DNA of 64,000 nucleotides from Candidatus Dormiibacterota bacterium (GTDB lineage: Bacteria; Chloroflexota; Dormibacteria; Aeolococcales; Aeolococcaceae): the NCBI GenBank assembly GCA_963808125.1, contig CAWEEP010000059.1, positions 39,380-103,379 on the forward strand, read 5' to 3'. The translations under genes and the position numbers were made by a program. The notes below the pieces were generated by a model. The model was not told where the DNA came from. It ran no database searches and saw only the letters and a list, made by a program, of their open reading frames with translations. Positions 56,483 to 64,000 of this stretch are shown piece after piece (position 1 is the stretch's first letter; each line of letters starts with the position of its first letter).

Positions 56483-57097
56483 TCAGACGAAGCGGGCGGC
56501 CTCCAGTTGCGCCTCTCGGGTGGCCGCCCTCGGAGCGGCCACGATCTGATCCGTCTCCACGTAGCCCTCGGTACCGTCTGCCAGGCGCACCCGAGTGAAG
56601 GGCCCGGTTCCCCCCGGCAGAGCCTCGACCGGGCTGGCAGTGAGGATGCCGGCGCCCCGCGGAGCGTCCCACTCCGCGGCGGTGAAGAGGTGATAGGGCA
56701 TGCCCGCCCACGACGCGACGAGGCTGATCGGGCCTGGCGGCACCCGCCTGGCGCGGTAGACGGTGCGGTCGTCCGCTGAGCCGTGGGTCAGGAGATTGAC
56801 CAACTGGAGAGCCCGGGGCACCGCCCCGAGGCCGGCGCTGGCGGCGACGGTGACCAGGGTCCCGGCCGGCGTGATCTGCGCCTCGCACGTGACCCACCTG
56901 GTCCTGAACCCGACGCGCTTGGACCACTGGCCGATGAGACCCTTGCGGCGGAACTCGACGACGCGGGCCCGTCCTTCGCCAATCACCTCGAAGCGAAAGG
57001 GGAAGGTGCCCAGCATCTGCTCCATGACCGAGAAGACCTCTCGCGGAGGCACGGCGGCAAGGAGAGTCCAGCGATGAGCCTGCTTCGCCTTGAACAT
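56483..57097 (-). CDS. Hypothetical protein (about 204 aa)
   Basis: ATG rc at 57097 (MFKAKQAHRWTLLAAVPPREVFSVMEQMLGTFPFRFEVIGEGRARVVEF…). The C-terminal …FTRVRLADGTEGYVETDQIV… is vaguely SH3-like. The upstream 103 codons of the ORF are rejected. Confidence 0.4.
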   Translation of the reverse strand: MFKAKQAHRWTLLAAVPPREVFSVMEQMLGTFPFRFEVIGEGRARVVEFRRKGLIGQWSKRVGFRTRWVTCEAQITPAGTLVTVAASAGLGAVPRALQLVNLLTHGSADDRTVYRARRVPPGPISLVASWAGMPYHLFTAAEWDAPRGAGILTASPVEALPGGTGPFTRVRLADGTEGYVETDQIVAAPRAATREAQLEAARFV

Positions 57098-57147
57098 GAT
57101 CGAGATTGTACGAAGGGGCGGCCCCGCGGAGGCCCGCTTCCCACGCG

Positions 57148-57620
57148 TCAGGTCCCGCCGGCGGCACTCCCGGGGAGGCGCCGCCGCTGCGGGCGGGGCG
57201 GGATGGCGGGAAGGGGGAGGGACGGCGAACTGCCCGGCCGGACCAACGGGTCGACGGTCGCCAGCGGCAGCCTCGTGAACACCTCGATCTCGTAGGTCTG
57301 GCACATGGCGTCGAAGCGGTCGCGGGCGGGACCGTCCAGCCACTCCCGGTGCTGGGCCAGGAAGGGCACGACCGCACGGCGGAGGTACGGCCCGCGGGCC
57401 ATCCACTGATAGTAGTCGCGACCGGCGTGGTGGTACGGCCCGTAGAGGCTCCCGCCGGGAAGCGCCAGGTCAGCCACCGGAAGATGCCCTCGTGGCGCAC
57501 GTGCATCCGGAGTGTGATCTGGGGTTGCCTCCCGTCGCCACCAAAATGCGCCTCTCCGGCGAGGAGCCCGAGGAGGTAGCCGGTGCTGATCCCGTCGACG
57601 TCGCGCAGGAGGGTGTCCAT
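57148..57620 (-). CDS. Free-standing LAGLIDADG-like (single-motif homing-endonuclease fold) protein; frame broken once near nt 57465-57480
   Basis: MDTLLRDVDGISTGYLLGLLAGEAHFGGDGRQPQITLRMHVRHEGIFRWL on the 57620 frame, then …LADLALPGGSLYGPYHHAGRDYYQWMARGPYLRRAVVPFLAQHREWLDGPARDRFDAMCQTYEI on the 57477 frame. The spacing mirrors I-CreI-type LAGLIDADG proteins (motif helix, beta-hairpins, then helices with conserved K/R-F/L). The rest of the 56253-57620 ORF is rejected. Confidence 0.4.
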
Positions 57621-57640
57621 ATCATCTGTATTCTAGAGCT

Positions 57641-57671
57641 TGTTTCACCGTAGGTTGTTTCCGTGAATCAC
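57641..57671. promoter_or_regulatory. Two parS-like sequences in the AT-richer region upstream of parA
   Basis: TGTTTCACcgtagg at 57641-57654 is a perfect left half-site of TGTTTCAC-GTGAAACA. TGTTTCCGTGAATCAC at 57656-57671 matches 13 of 16 after a 1-nt gap. The local sequence atcatctgtattctagagcttgtttcac is the only AT-rich stretch for several kb. Confidence 0.35.
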
Positions 57672-57753
57672 CGCCGCACGCCTCGGCGGCCCTGAGGGCC
57701 GCTCCACCGCCGGCCGGCGGCCGGCTGACCTCTCCTCCCGCCATAATCCAGAC

Positions 57754-58562
57754 GTGCCCGCCCTCGTCATCGCAGTCGCCAACCAGAAGGGCGGCGTAGG
57801 CAAGACCACGACGGTGATCAACGTCGCCGCCGTCCTGGCCGAGATGGGACGGCGGGTCCTCCTCATCGACTGCGATCCTCAGGCCAACGCCACGTCGGGT
57901 CTGGGCGTGGCTCGGCGGGACATCAGCGCCAGCATCTACGACGTCCTCGTCCTCGGGCGCCCGCTCTCGGAAGCCCGGATCCCCACCCGTGTCCCGCGCC
58001 TCGAACTCGATTCCCTCCGACATCGCTCTCGCCGGAGCCGAAATCGAGCTGGTCGCGGTCGCACGGCGGGAGAAGCGCCTCACCTACGCCCTGGAGGCCC
58101 TGGCCGACGACCCGGTGGACTACATCTTCCTCGACTGCCCGCCCAGCCTCGGGCTGCTCACCGTCAACGCGGTGGTCGCCGCCCATGCCCTGCTGGTTCC
58201 CATTCAGTGCGAGTTCTATGCGCTCGAGGGGCTTGGCCTGCTCACGCACACGATCCAGCTGCTCCGGCGCGAGCTGAACCCGACCCTCGCCATCGCGGGC
58301 ATTGTCCTGACCCTCCACGATGCCCGGTTCGACTCTCGCCAACCAGGTTGTCGACGAGGTCCGCGTCCGCTTCGGCGACGATGTCCTCGATCCGGTCATC
58401 CCCCGCAACGTCCGGCTGAGCGAGGCTCCCAGTTACGGCCTCCCCATCACCGAATACGCGCCAACCTCCCGCGGTGCCATCGCATATCGCGACCTGGCCG
58501 CCAATCTCGACGCCCGCCTCCAAGAACGCGCCGCCGACCTTCTGGCGGGTTCCCTCGCATGA
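57754..58562 (+). CDS. parA: Chromosome-partitioning ATPase ParA/Soj; two frame breaks (about nt 58005-58015 and 58325-58340)
   Basis: GTG at 57754. Deviant Walker [28 protein letters not shown]. …[16 protein letters not shown]…. The next frame gives …[15 protein letters not shown]…[17 protein letters not shown]…[13 protein letters not shown]…. The third frame gives …[36 protein letters not shown]…. Stop at 58560-58562. Confidence 0.85.
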
Positions 58563-58599
58563 CCGCGACAGCCGCCTCTCAGAAAGGGGGACCATCCCG

Positions 58600-59493
58600 A
58601 TGACCCCACCACCCCGTCGCGGTCTCGGCAGAGGCCTAGACGCCCTGCTCGCCAGCAGCGACCCCGCCCGCGACCTGGAGGGCGGATCCGCCCTCATCGA
58701 GGTCGATCCCTCCCAGGTCCGTCCCAACCCGGAGCAGCCCCGCCGCCACTTCGACCCGGTCTCCCTGGCTCCCCTTGCCGACTCCATCCGCCGTGACGGC
58801 CTGCTCCACCCCATCGTCGTGGAGGCTGACGCCGACGGCTACCGCCTGGTCGCCGGCGAACGCCGGCTCCGCGCCGCCCAGCAGGCGGGCGTCAGCAGTC
58901 TTCCGGCCATCGTCCGGCCCGCCTCGGAATCGGCGCGGCAGGCCCTGGAACTGGCCCTGACCGAGAACCTCCTCCGCGAGGACCTCAGCCCGCTCGATGA
59001 GGCCGCCGCCTACGCACGCCTCGCCGACGCCTTCGGCCTCTCGCACGAAGCCATCGCCCTCCGCCTCGGACGCAGCCGCCCCGCGGTCACCAACGCCATC
59101 CGCCTCCTCCAGCTCCCCGCCCCTCTCCAGGTGTCGGTCGCCTCGGGAGAGCTGAGCGCCGGTCAGGCCCGCGCCCTGCTGGGCCTCCGCGACGAGGCCG
59201 AGATGATCGCGCTCGGCCGCCGCGCCGTCCACGACGCCCTGACCGTCCGAGCTCTCGAGGAGGCTGTCCAGAATCTCCACGCCGAGCCGGCCCCGCCGCC
59301 ACCCTCGCGCCCCGCGGCGACCGCGCCCCCCCTGGCCCCGGACGACGAGCACCTCCGTCGCGGCTTCGAGCAGGCTCTCGGCCTGCCCGTCACCCTCCAG
59401 CGGCGGCGCACCGGTGGACGCCTCATCGTCGACTTCGCCGATGACGAGGATCTCGACAGCCTCTACCACAGGCTGGGCGGCCCGAAGCTCTAG
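58600..59493 (+). CDS. parB: Chromosome-partitioning protein ParB/Spo0J
   Basis: ATG at 58600. …LIEVDPSQVRPNPEQPRRHFD… (ParB box I), …GLLHPIVVE…YRLVAGERRLRAAQQAG… (GERRxRA box II), HTH …LSHEAIALRLGRSRPAVTNAIRLL…. Confidence 0.9.
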   Translation: MTPPPRRGLGRGLDALLASSDPARDLEGGSALIEVDPSQVRPNPEQPRRHFDPVSLAPLADSIRRDGLLHPIVVEADADGYRLVAGERRLRAAQQAGVSSLPAIVRPASESARQALELALTENLLREDLSPLDEAAAYARLADAFGLSHEAIALRLGRSRPAVTNAIRLLQLPAPLQVSVASGELSAGQARALLGLRDEAEMIALGRRAVHDALTVRALEEAVQNLHAEPAPPPPSRPAATAPPLAPDDEHLRRGFEQALGLPVTLQRRRTGGRLIVDFADDEDLDSLYHRLGGPKL

Positions 59494-59579
59494 ACGGCGC
59501 CGATCCGCTCTGGGCGGCCTCGTCCGCGCGTCACCGCCTCAGTTCCGTCGCGCCGTCGCCTTCGGCGCCAAGCCCCCGG

Positions 59580-60206
59580 TCAGCCGACTGGCCGGTCCAC
59601 CGCCCCCGTCAGTCGCCCTTCACACGTGGCGACGTCAAGGTTCTGCACGAAGGCCTCGATGTACTTCGGGCGCTCGGCCGGCTTGTAGTCGAGGAGGAAC
59701 GCGTGCTCCCAGACGTCCATCACCACGATGGGCTTGAACCCGGCGATGTTGCCGTCCTGGTGCAGCGTGATCCAGTGATTGGAGAGCCGGCCGGTCGCCG
59801 GATCCAGATAGGTCACCGCCCAGCCCACGCCACGCATCCCCCCGATGGCAGTGAAGTCGCGCTTCCACGTCTCGATGTCGCCGAACGACTCCCCGAGCGC
59901 CCGTCCCAGCGGCGACGAGCTGGAGATGTCGCCGCCACCCTGGGCGGTCATGTTGCCGAAGTACCACTCGTGGAGGACCATGCCGTTGTACTCGAACGGC
60001 AGCCGACGCGTCAGCTCGGCGTAGGCCAGCGTCCCCGCCTGCCCCTTCTCGCCCAGCTCCACCAGTTGCTCGGTGAGAGTATTTGTGTTTTTGACATAAC
60101 CGGCATAAAGTCCGAAGTGAATCTCCAACGTGTGGTCGGAGATCCCCTGCAAGCCGCTGAGACCGAACTCCTTTGCCTTGTATGGGGAGCGGGTCAAGAG
60201 AGCCAT
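59580..60206 (-). CDS. sodA: Fe/Mn superoxide dismutase
   Basis: ATG rc at 60206 (MALLTRSPYKAKEFGLSGLQGISDHTLEIHF…). …HWITLHQDGN… and DVWEHAF(Y) metal-ligand motifs. The upstream 169 codons of the ORF are rejected. Confidence 0.9.
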   Translation of the reverse strand: MALLTRSPYKAKEFGLSGLQGISDHTLEIHFGLYAGYVKNTNTLTEQLVELGEKGQAGTLAYAELTRRLPFEYNGMVLHEWYFGNMTAQGGGDISSSSPLGRALGESFGDIETWKRDFTAIGGMRGVGWAVTYLDPATGRLSNHWITLHQDGNIAGFKPIVVMDVWEHAFLLDYKPAERPKYIEAFVQNLDVATCEGRLTGAVDRPVG

Positions 60207-60411
60207 CGACGTCCTCCGCCTGGGTGATGACCGCGGGCCGGTCCGCCGGCCGCTGGCGCCTCCCATTGTGGCGCATCGGCGCCGTCGAGGCGACACCGGC
60301 CCCGCCGCCACCCCGGCGCCCGGCCATCCCCGGCCGGGATCCTGGCCGGCCAACCGTATAATCCCGTCCACGCGGCGGCCCCCGGCGGGCGATCCTCGCC
60401 AGCACCCACAA

Positions 60412-61200
60412 ATGCAGAAGCCCGCAGCGGCCTCAGAGCCGCCTCCTCCTATCGACACGGACGTCGCTCCTGTCTCGTCGCTCGCCGTGCACCCGTCCAC
60501 CCGCACCCCCTCGCCGCCCGCGCAGTCGACGTGGTTCCGTGACCTTCTCGAAGTCCTCCTCATCGCCCTGGTCCTGTACGGCGCCATCTCGACCTGCTTC
60601 CAGACGGTCCGGGTGGACGGCACGAGCATGGTCAACACCCTGCAGGACGGCGACCTCCTCGTCGCCAGCAAGATCTCCTTCGTCATCGGCAGCCCCCAGC
60701 GCGGGGACATCGTCGTCCTCGACCCTCCGCCCTACTGCGGCGACACGAACTGCCAGGGGCAGCCGACCATTCCGTACATCAAGCGCGTCATCGGACTCCC
60801 CGGGGACAACCTCGAGATCGACGGCAACGACCACCCCACGGCCATCCTCATCCAGCCCGGCGGCACCGGGCCGTGGAGCCGCCTCGCGGAGCCCTATCTC
60901 CCCGACGCGTGGGATGAGGTGACCGACTGCTGCACCTCGGGCGGCATGTACACCGTGAACCAGCCCGAGGTCATGCACATCCCAGCCGGCATGTACTTCG
61001 TCCTCGGCGACAACCGCAACGCCTCCAACAACTTCCGCTTCTTCGGCCTAGTCCCGCGCGGCAAGATCCTCGCCAAGGCCATCTTCAGGATCTGGCCCCT
61101 CGGGCACTTCGGCAGCCTCGGGGCCGGCCCAACGATGGTGACAGCCCCGGGGGTGAGCGTCCTCCTCCTCGGTTGGGGCCGCCGCCGGCGTCGCCTGATC
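60412..61200 (+). CDS. lepB: Signal peptidase I (LepB); 3' end uncertain
   Basis: ATG at 60412. Proline-rich N-terminus, TM helix …LLEVLLIALVLYGAIS…, catalytic Ser box VDGTSMVNTLQDGDLLV, Lys box …YIKRVIGLPGDNLEI…, box E …YFVLGDNRNASNNFRFFGLVP…, then …KAIFRIWPLGHFGSLG. The ORF runs on to 61563 over ndk. The true stop is probably about 61150-61200 (gcc TGA in the +1 frame at about 61196), so another indel is possible. Confidence 0.7.
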
Positions 61201-61277
61201 CATCGCGAGATGCAGACTCCTGCGGTCACGATCCCCGGCGCTGGCGGCCTGACCTCCCGCTTCCCGCCGGCGCGAGC

Positions 61278-61739
61278 TCAGCTGCCGCCGTCCACCCAGA
61301 TGCCCAGGGCGCTTCCCCAGTCGACCAGCTCCGCCTCGCCGAAGAAGAGGGCCACCTCGACCTCGGCTCGTTCCACCGAGTCGCTGCCGTGCACGACATT
61401 CGTGCCGATGGCGATGGCGAGGTCACCGCGGATGGTCCCCGGGGCCGCGTCCCTGGGGTTGGTCGCACCCATCGTCGACCGCACCAGCCGCACTGCTCCC
61501 TGGCCCTCCCACACCATGGCCACCACCGGTCCCGAGGTGATGAAGTCGACCAGTCCTGGGTAAAAGGGCTTCCCCACGTGCTCGGCATAGTGCCGGGAGG
61601 CAAGTGCCTCGTCGATGCCCATCAGCTTGAGACCCGTCAGGTGCAGCCCGCGCCGCTCCAGACGGCCGATGATCTCGCCGACCAGGCCGCGCTGGACCCC
61701 GTCGGGCTTCACCAGGACGAGAGTGCGTTCCGCGGTCAT
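61278..61739 (-). CDS. ndk: Nucleoside-diphosphate kinase
   Basis: [32 protein letters not shown]…, active-site …NVVHGSDS…. Full-length NDK. Confidence 0.95.
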   Translation of the reverse strand: MTAERTLVLVKPDGVQRGLVGEIIGRLERRGLHLTGLKLMGIDEALASRHYAEHVGKPFYPGLVDFITSGPVVAMVWEGQGAVRLVRSTMGATNPRDAAPGTIRGDLAIAIGTNVVHGSDSVERAEVEVALFFGEAELVDWGSALGIWVDGGS

Positions 61740-61791
61740 GCCGTCTCCTGCTCTTCGTGGTCCGACCGCGCCACCGGGGCCGCCTCGGCGG

Positions 61792-63093
61792 TCACGACGC
61801 GCGGGCCAACGCCTGCTCGAAGCGCTCGGGCTTCGAAAATGGTCCGATGACGGCGGCGCGCAGGCCCCGCCGGCAGATCTCCTCCGCCATCTCCCTCACC
61901 TGCTCGGCGGTCACCGCCTCCAGGGCGGCGACCACCTCGTCGGCGACCATGATCGGCCCGGCGAGCAGCTCCTGCTGGCCGAGGAACTGGCCGAGAGCGC
62001 CTGTCCCCTCGAGATGCAGGACGAGACGGCCCTTGGCGTATTCCTTCGCCTTGCGCAGCTCCGTTTCTCCCACCGCGGTACGGGCCACCCGCACCAGCTC
62101 GCCGACTGCGGCATCGACCGCCCGCACCGCCCGGCGCGGCTCGCAGCCGATGTAGATGCCCAGATACCCGGTGTCGCTCAGCTTGCTGGTGAACGAGTGG
62201 ACGTCGTAGGCGAGGGCCTTGACCTCGCGCAGCTCCTGGAAGAGCCGGCTGGACATCCCCTCGCCAAGAATCACGTTGAGCAGATCGAGGACGAACCGCC
62301 GCGGGTCGCGGTAGGAGCACGCGTGCGCCCCGAGAATGATGTTTGCCTGCTCGCTGCGCTTGCGCAGGAACCGCAGGCCGGGGCTGGCGCCCTCGTCGGC
62401 GCCGACCGGCTCCGCAACGTCGCCGTTCCCAGCTCCCGCGGGCAGCGATGACATCAGATCCATCACCGCCTCATGCTCGATGGCCCCTGCGACGCTGACG
62501 ACGAGCCGCTCCGGCCGGTAGTGGCGGCCGAGGTGTGCTCGGCACGCGTCGGCGTCGAAGCTCCGCACTGTCTCCTCCGTTCCCGCCACGTCCCAGCCCA
62601 GCGGCTGTCCCGGGTACATCACCTCGTCGAAGAGCGTGCTCACGTGCTCCTGCGGGTTGTCCAGGTACATCCGCAGCTCCTCGATCACCACCTGGCGCTC
62701 CTTCGCCACCTCCTCGGGATCCAAGGCCGGCTCGAAGAGCATGTCGCCGAGGACGCTCACGGCTAGCGGCAGATGCTCCGCCGGCACCTTGGCGTAGAAG
62801 ACCGTCGCCTCCTTGTCGGTGGCGGCGTTGATGGCGCCGCCGACGCTCTCGATGGCCTCGGAGATGGCTCGCGCCGTGGGGAAGAGGCGGCCTCCCTTGA
62901 AGGCGATGTGCTCGATGAAGTGGCTGAGGCCGCAATTGTCCTGCCGCTCGTGGCGCGACCCCACCGAGAACATGAAGGCAACCGACGCCGAGCGCCGCTC
63001 CGGCATTGGCGCGGTGATCAGCCGGACACCTCCGGCCAGCCGCGCCAGCCGGTAGCCGCGCGTGACCGGCGGCATTCCCGCGACGGCTACCAC
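61792..63093 (-). CDS. M16-family zinc metallopeptidase (pitrilysin/insulinase-like)
   Basis: Inverted zinc motif [10 protein letters not shown] (HxxEH), then …[10 protein letters not shown]… (the downstream Glu). A C-terminal inactive M16 half is present (433 aa). Confidence 0.85.
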   Translation of the reverse strand: MVAVAGMPPVTRGYRLARLAGGVRLITAPMPERRSASVAFMFSVGSRHERQDNCGLSHFIEHIAFKGGRLFPTARAISEAIESVGGAINAATDKEATVFYAKVPAEHLPLAVSVLGDMLFEPALDPEEVAKERQVVIEELRMYLDNPQEHVSTLFDEVMYPGQPLGWDVAGTEETVRSFDADACRAHLGRHYRPERLVVSVAGAIEHEAVMDLMSSLPAGAGNGDVAEPVGADEGASPGLRFLRKRSEQANIILGAHACSYRDPRRFVLDLLNVILGEGMSSRLFQELREVKALAYDVHSFTSKLSDTGYLGIYIGCEPRRAVRAVDAAVGELVRVARTAVGETELRKAKEYAKGRLVLHLEGTGALGQFLGQQELLAGPIMVADEVVAALEAVTAEQVREMAEEICRRGLRAAVIGPFSKPERFEQALARAS

Positions 63094-63884
63094 CGCTCCC
63101 GCCGGGGCCCTCGCTCGCGGTCGTGCGGGCGCTCGCCCGCTCCCCGGCCGGCGGACCGCAGCGGCCGCTCCGGGAGCTCGGGAAGATCCGGCTGCGCCGG
63201 CCCCGTGGCGTGGATCACCACCCGACGCGCCGGCTCGACGCCGATGCTCTCAGTGCGAACGCCCTCGTCGCCGCTCAGCGCCAGGTGGATGGCGCGCCGC
63301 TCGTAGGGATGCATCGGATCGAGCGTGGAGCGCTGCCCCGTCCTCTTCACCCGGTTCGCCAGGCGCAGCGCCAGCTCGCGCACCTGCTCCTCTCGGCGGG
63401 CTCGGTAGCGCTCGACGTCGATGATCACGCGGCGCCTCGTCGGGCCCTCGTCCCCTCCCATCATCAGATTGACGGCGGTCTGCAGGGCGCGCAGGGTCTC
63501 CCCCCGCCAGCCGATGAGCAGACCCAGGTCATCACCGCTCACGTCGAGCACCGGCGGGGCGCCCGGCCCCGAGCCGGCGGCCGGCCGGCGCACGGCGATC
63601 CGCGCCGGGATCTCCATGCGGCGCAGCAGATCGACCAGAGTGGCTCGGGCCCTGGCGGTGTGCTCGTCGAGCTTCGACACGCGCACCCTGGCTTCGCCCG
63701 CCCCGGAGACGTGCTCCCCGGGCAGGGCCTGGGCGGGCCGGGCGAGCACCTCCACCGTGGTGTCCTCCGGCGCCGCTCCCAGCTCTTGGAGCGCGGCCTC
63801 GATGGCGGCCTCCACGCTTGCGCCCGTCGCTTCGACGGTCTCCCACTCCTGCTCGGCGATGCCCACCTCGATCTCAGCCACCAT
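63087..63884 (-). CDS. khpB: Jag/KhpB-type RNA-binding protein (Jag_N, KH and R3H domains)
   Basis: …LLIGWRGETLRALQTAVNLMM… is KH-like. …LDPMHPYERRAIHLAL… is the R3H signature. Position next to the yidC C-terminus fits the conserved yidC-jag pair. Confidence 0.75.
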   Translation of the reverse strand: MVAEIEVGIAEQEWETVEATGASVEAAIEAALQELGAAPEDTTVEVLARPAQALPGEHVSGAGEARVRVSKLDEHTARARATLVDLLRRMEIPARIAVRRPAAGSGPGAPPVLDVSGDDLGLLIGWRGETLRALQTAVNLMMGGDEGPTRRRVIIDVERYRARREEQVRELALRLANRVKRTGQRSTLDPMHPYERRAIHLALSGDEGVRTESIGVEPARRVVIHATGPAQPDLPELPERPLRSAGRGAGERPHDRERGPRRERW

Positions 63885-63895
63885 GCCCTCCCCGC

Positions 63896-64000
63896 CTACC
63901 GGCGGCGCTTGCCTTTCCTCTGGGCCCTCGCCGGAACCCGCCCCGTCCCCGGCGCGGTCGGCCCGGATGACCGTCCCGCCCTGGCGCCCGTGCGCTGGCT
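63896..64000 (-). CDS. yidC: C-terminal end of membrane protein insertase YidC (gene continues beyond window end)
   Basis: The minus-strand frame ends …SSGPTAPGTGRVPARAQRKGKRRR* (stop rc at 63896-63898). The basic Lys/Arg tail is typical of YidC C-termini. Inference from only about 35 codons. Confidence 0.35.
   Translation of the reverse strand, partial: SQRTGARAGRSSGPTAPGTGRVPARAQRKGKRRR

Noticed and set aside
56253-57620. 455-aa minus-strand ORF
   Set aside because: Only the first roughly 50 codons look protein-like (the LAGLIDADG-like start). The rest is Arg/Gly/Pro-rich and overlaps the better-supported 56483-57097 gene in another frame.
60130-60411. N-terminal 94 codons of the 477-aa lepB ORF
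   Set aside because: This extension is antisense to the sodA 5' end and low-complexity. A conventional ATG (60412) precedes the proline-rich N-terminus and TM helix of signal peptidase I.
1-64000. CRISPR arrays, rRNA or tRNA genes
   Set aside because: No direct-repeat/spacer periodicity was seen. No rRNA-like conserved blocks were seen. No cloverleaf-like sequences were found in the intergenic regions inspected (2299-2380, 6699-6926, 8611-8710, 12519-12779, 16656-16814, 45471-45564, 55981-56482, 57621-57753). This is a by-eye search only.

Overview
This is a high-GC (about 70%) chromosomal window from an Actinobacteria-like organism, gene-dense, with no rRNA, tRNA or CRISPR detected by eye. 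No tRNA/sRNA covariance scan could be run, so small RNAs cannot be excluded.

**Content, in order.** An incoming GT4 glycosyltransferase and HAD hydrolase, an RHH protein, an FmdB zinc ribbon and thioredoxin (1-3.2 kb). A folate block on the minus strand, folB-folD-X-folC (3.1-6.2 kb). An XRE regulator with a perfect palindromic operator (6.4-7.3 kb). A cell-wall block with a D-Ala-D-Ala carboxypeptidase, HU, two translationally coupled FemAB-family paralogues and YvcK (7.4-12.5 kb). A roughly 32-kb cell-envelope glycan island (12.8-45 kb). Then a suf Fe-S cluster region, a DUF2203 protein, a free-standing LAGLIDADG-like gene, and parA-parB with parS-like sites upstream. Finally sodA, lepB, ndk, an M16 peptidase, jag/khpB and the yidC C-terminus, which is an oriC-proximal signature.

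**The glycan island is the most interesting part.**
- It encodes UDP-glucose dehydrogenase.
- It carries a complete GDP-heptose pathway (gmhA, hddA, gmhB, hddC) with two extra epimerase paralogues and an operonic transaldolase.
- It carries a complete dTDP-rhamnose pathway (rmlA/C and rmlB/D, split).
- It has an FkbM-type and three zinc-ribbon methyltransferase homologues, GT2 enzymes, Gfo/SDR oxidoreductases and a PfkB kinase.
- It has two large GT-C-like polytopic membrane proteins and an IS1182-family insertion sequence.
- It ends with two giant secreted proteins built from a shared, unrecognised roughly 120-aa tandem repeat. One is fused to an eqolisin (G1) peptidase domain and the other to a DUF1906/Rv2525c-like hydrolase-like domain.
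- I interpret this as a candidate surface (glyco)protein plus dedicated glycan-synthesis system.

**Technical caveat.** I count about 21 single-base indels or in-frame stops disrupting otherwise conserved genes. Most lie in short G/C runs, and they include the normally essential sufS and parA. This pattern fits uncorrected homopolymer assembly errors much better than pseudogenisation, so frameshifted genes are reported as CDS with the caveat.
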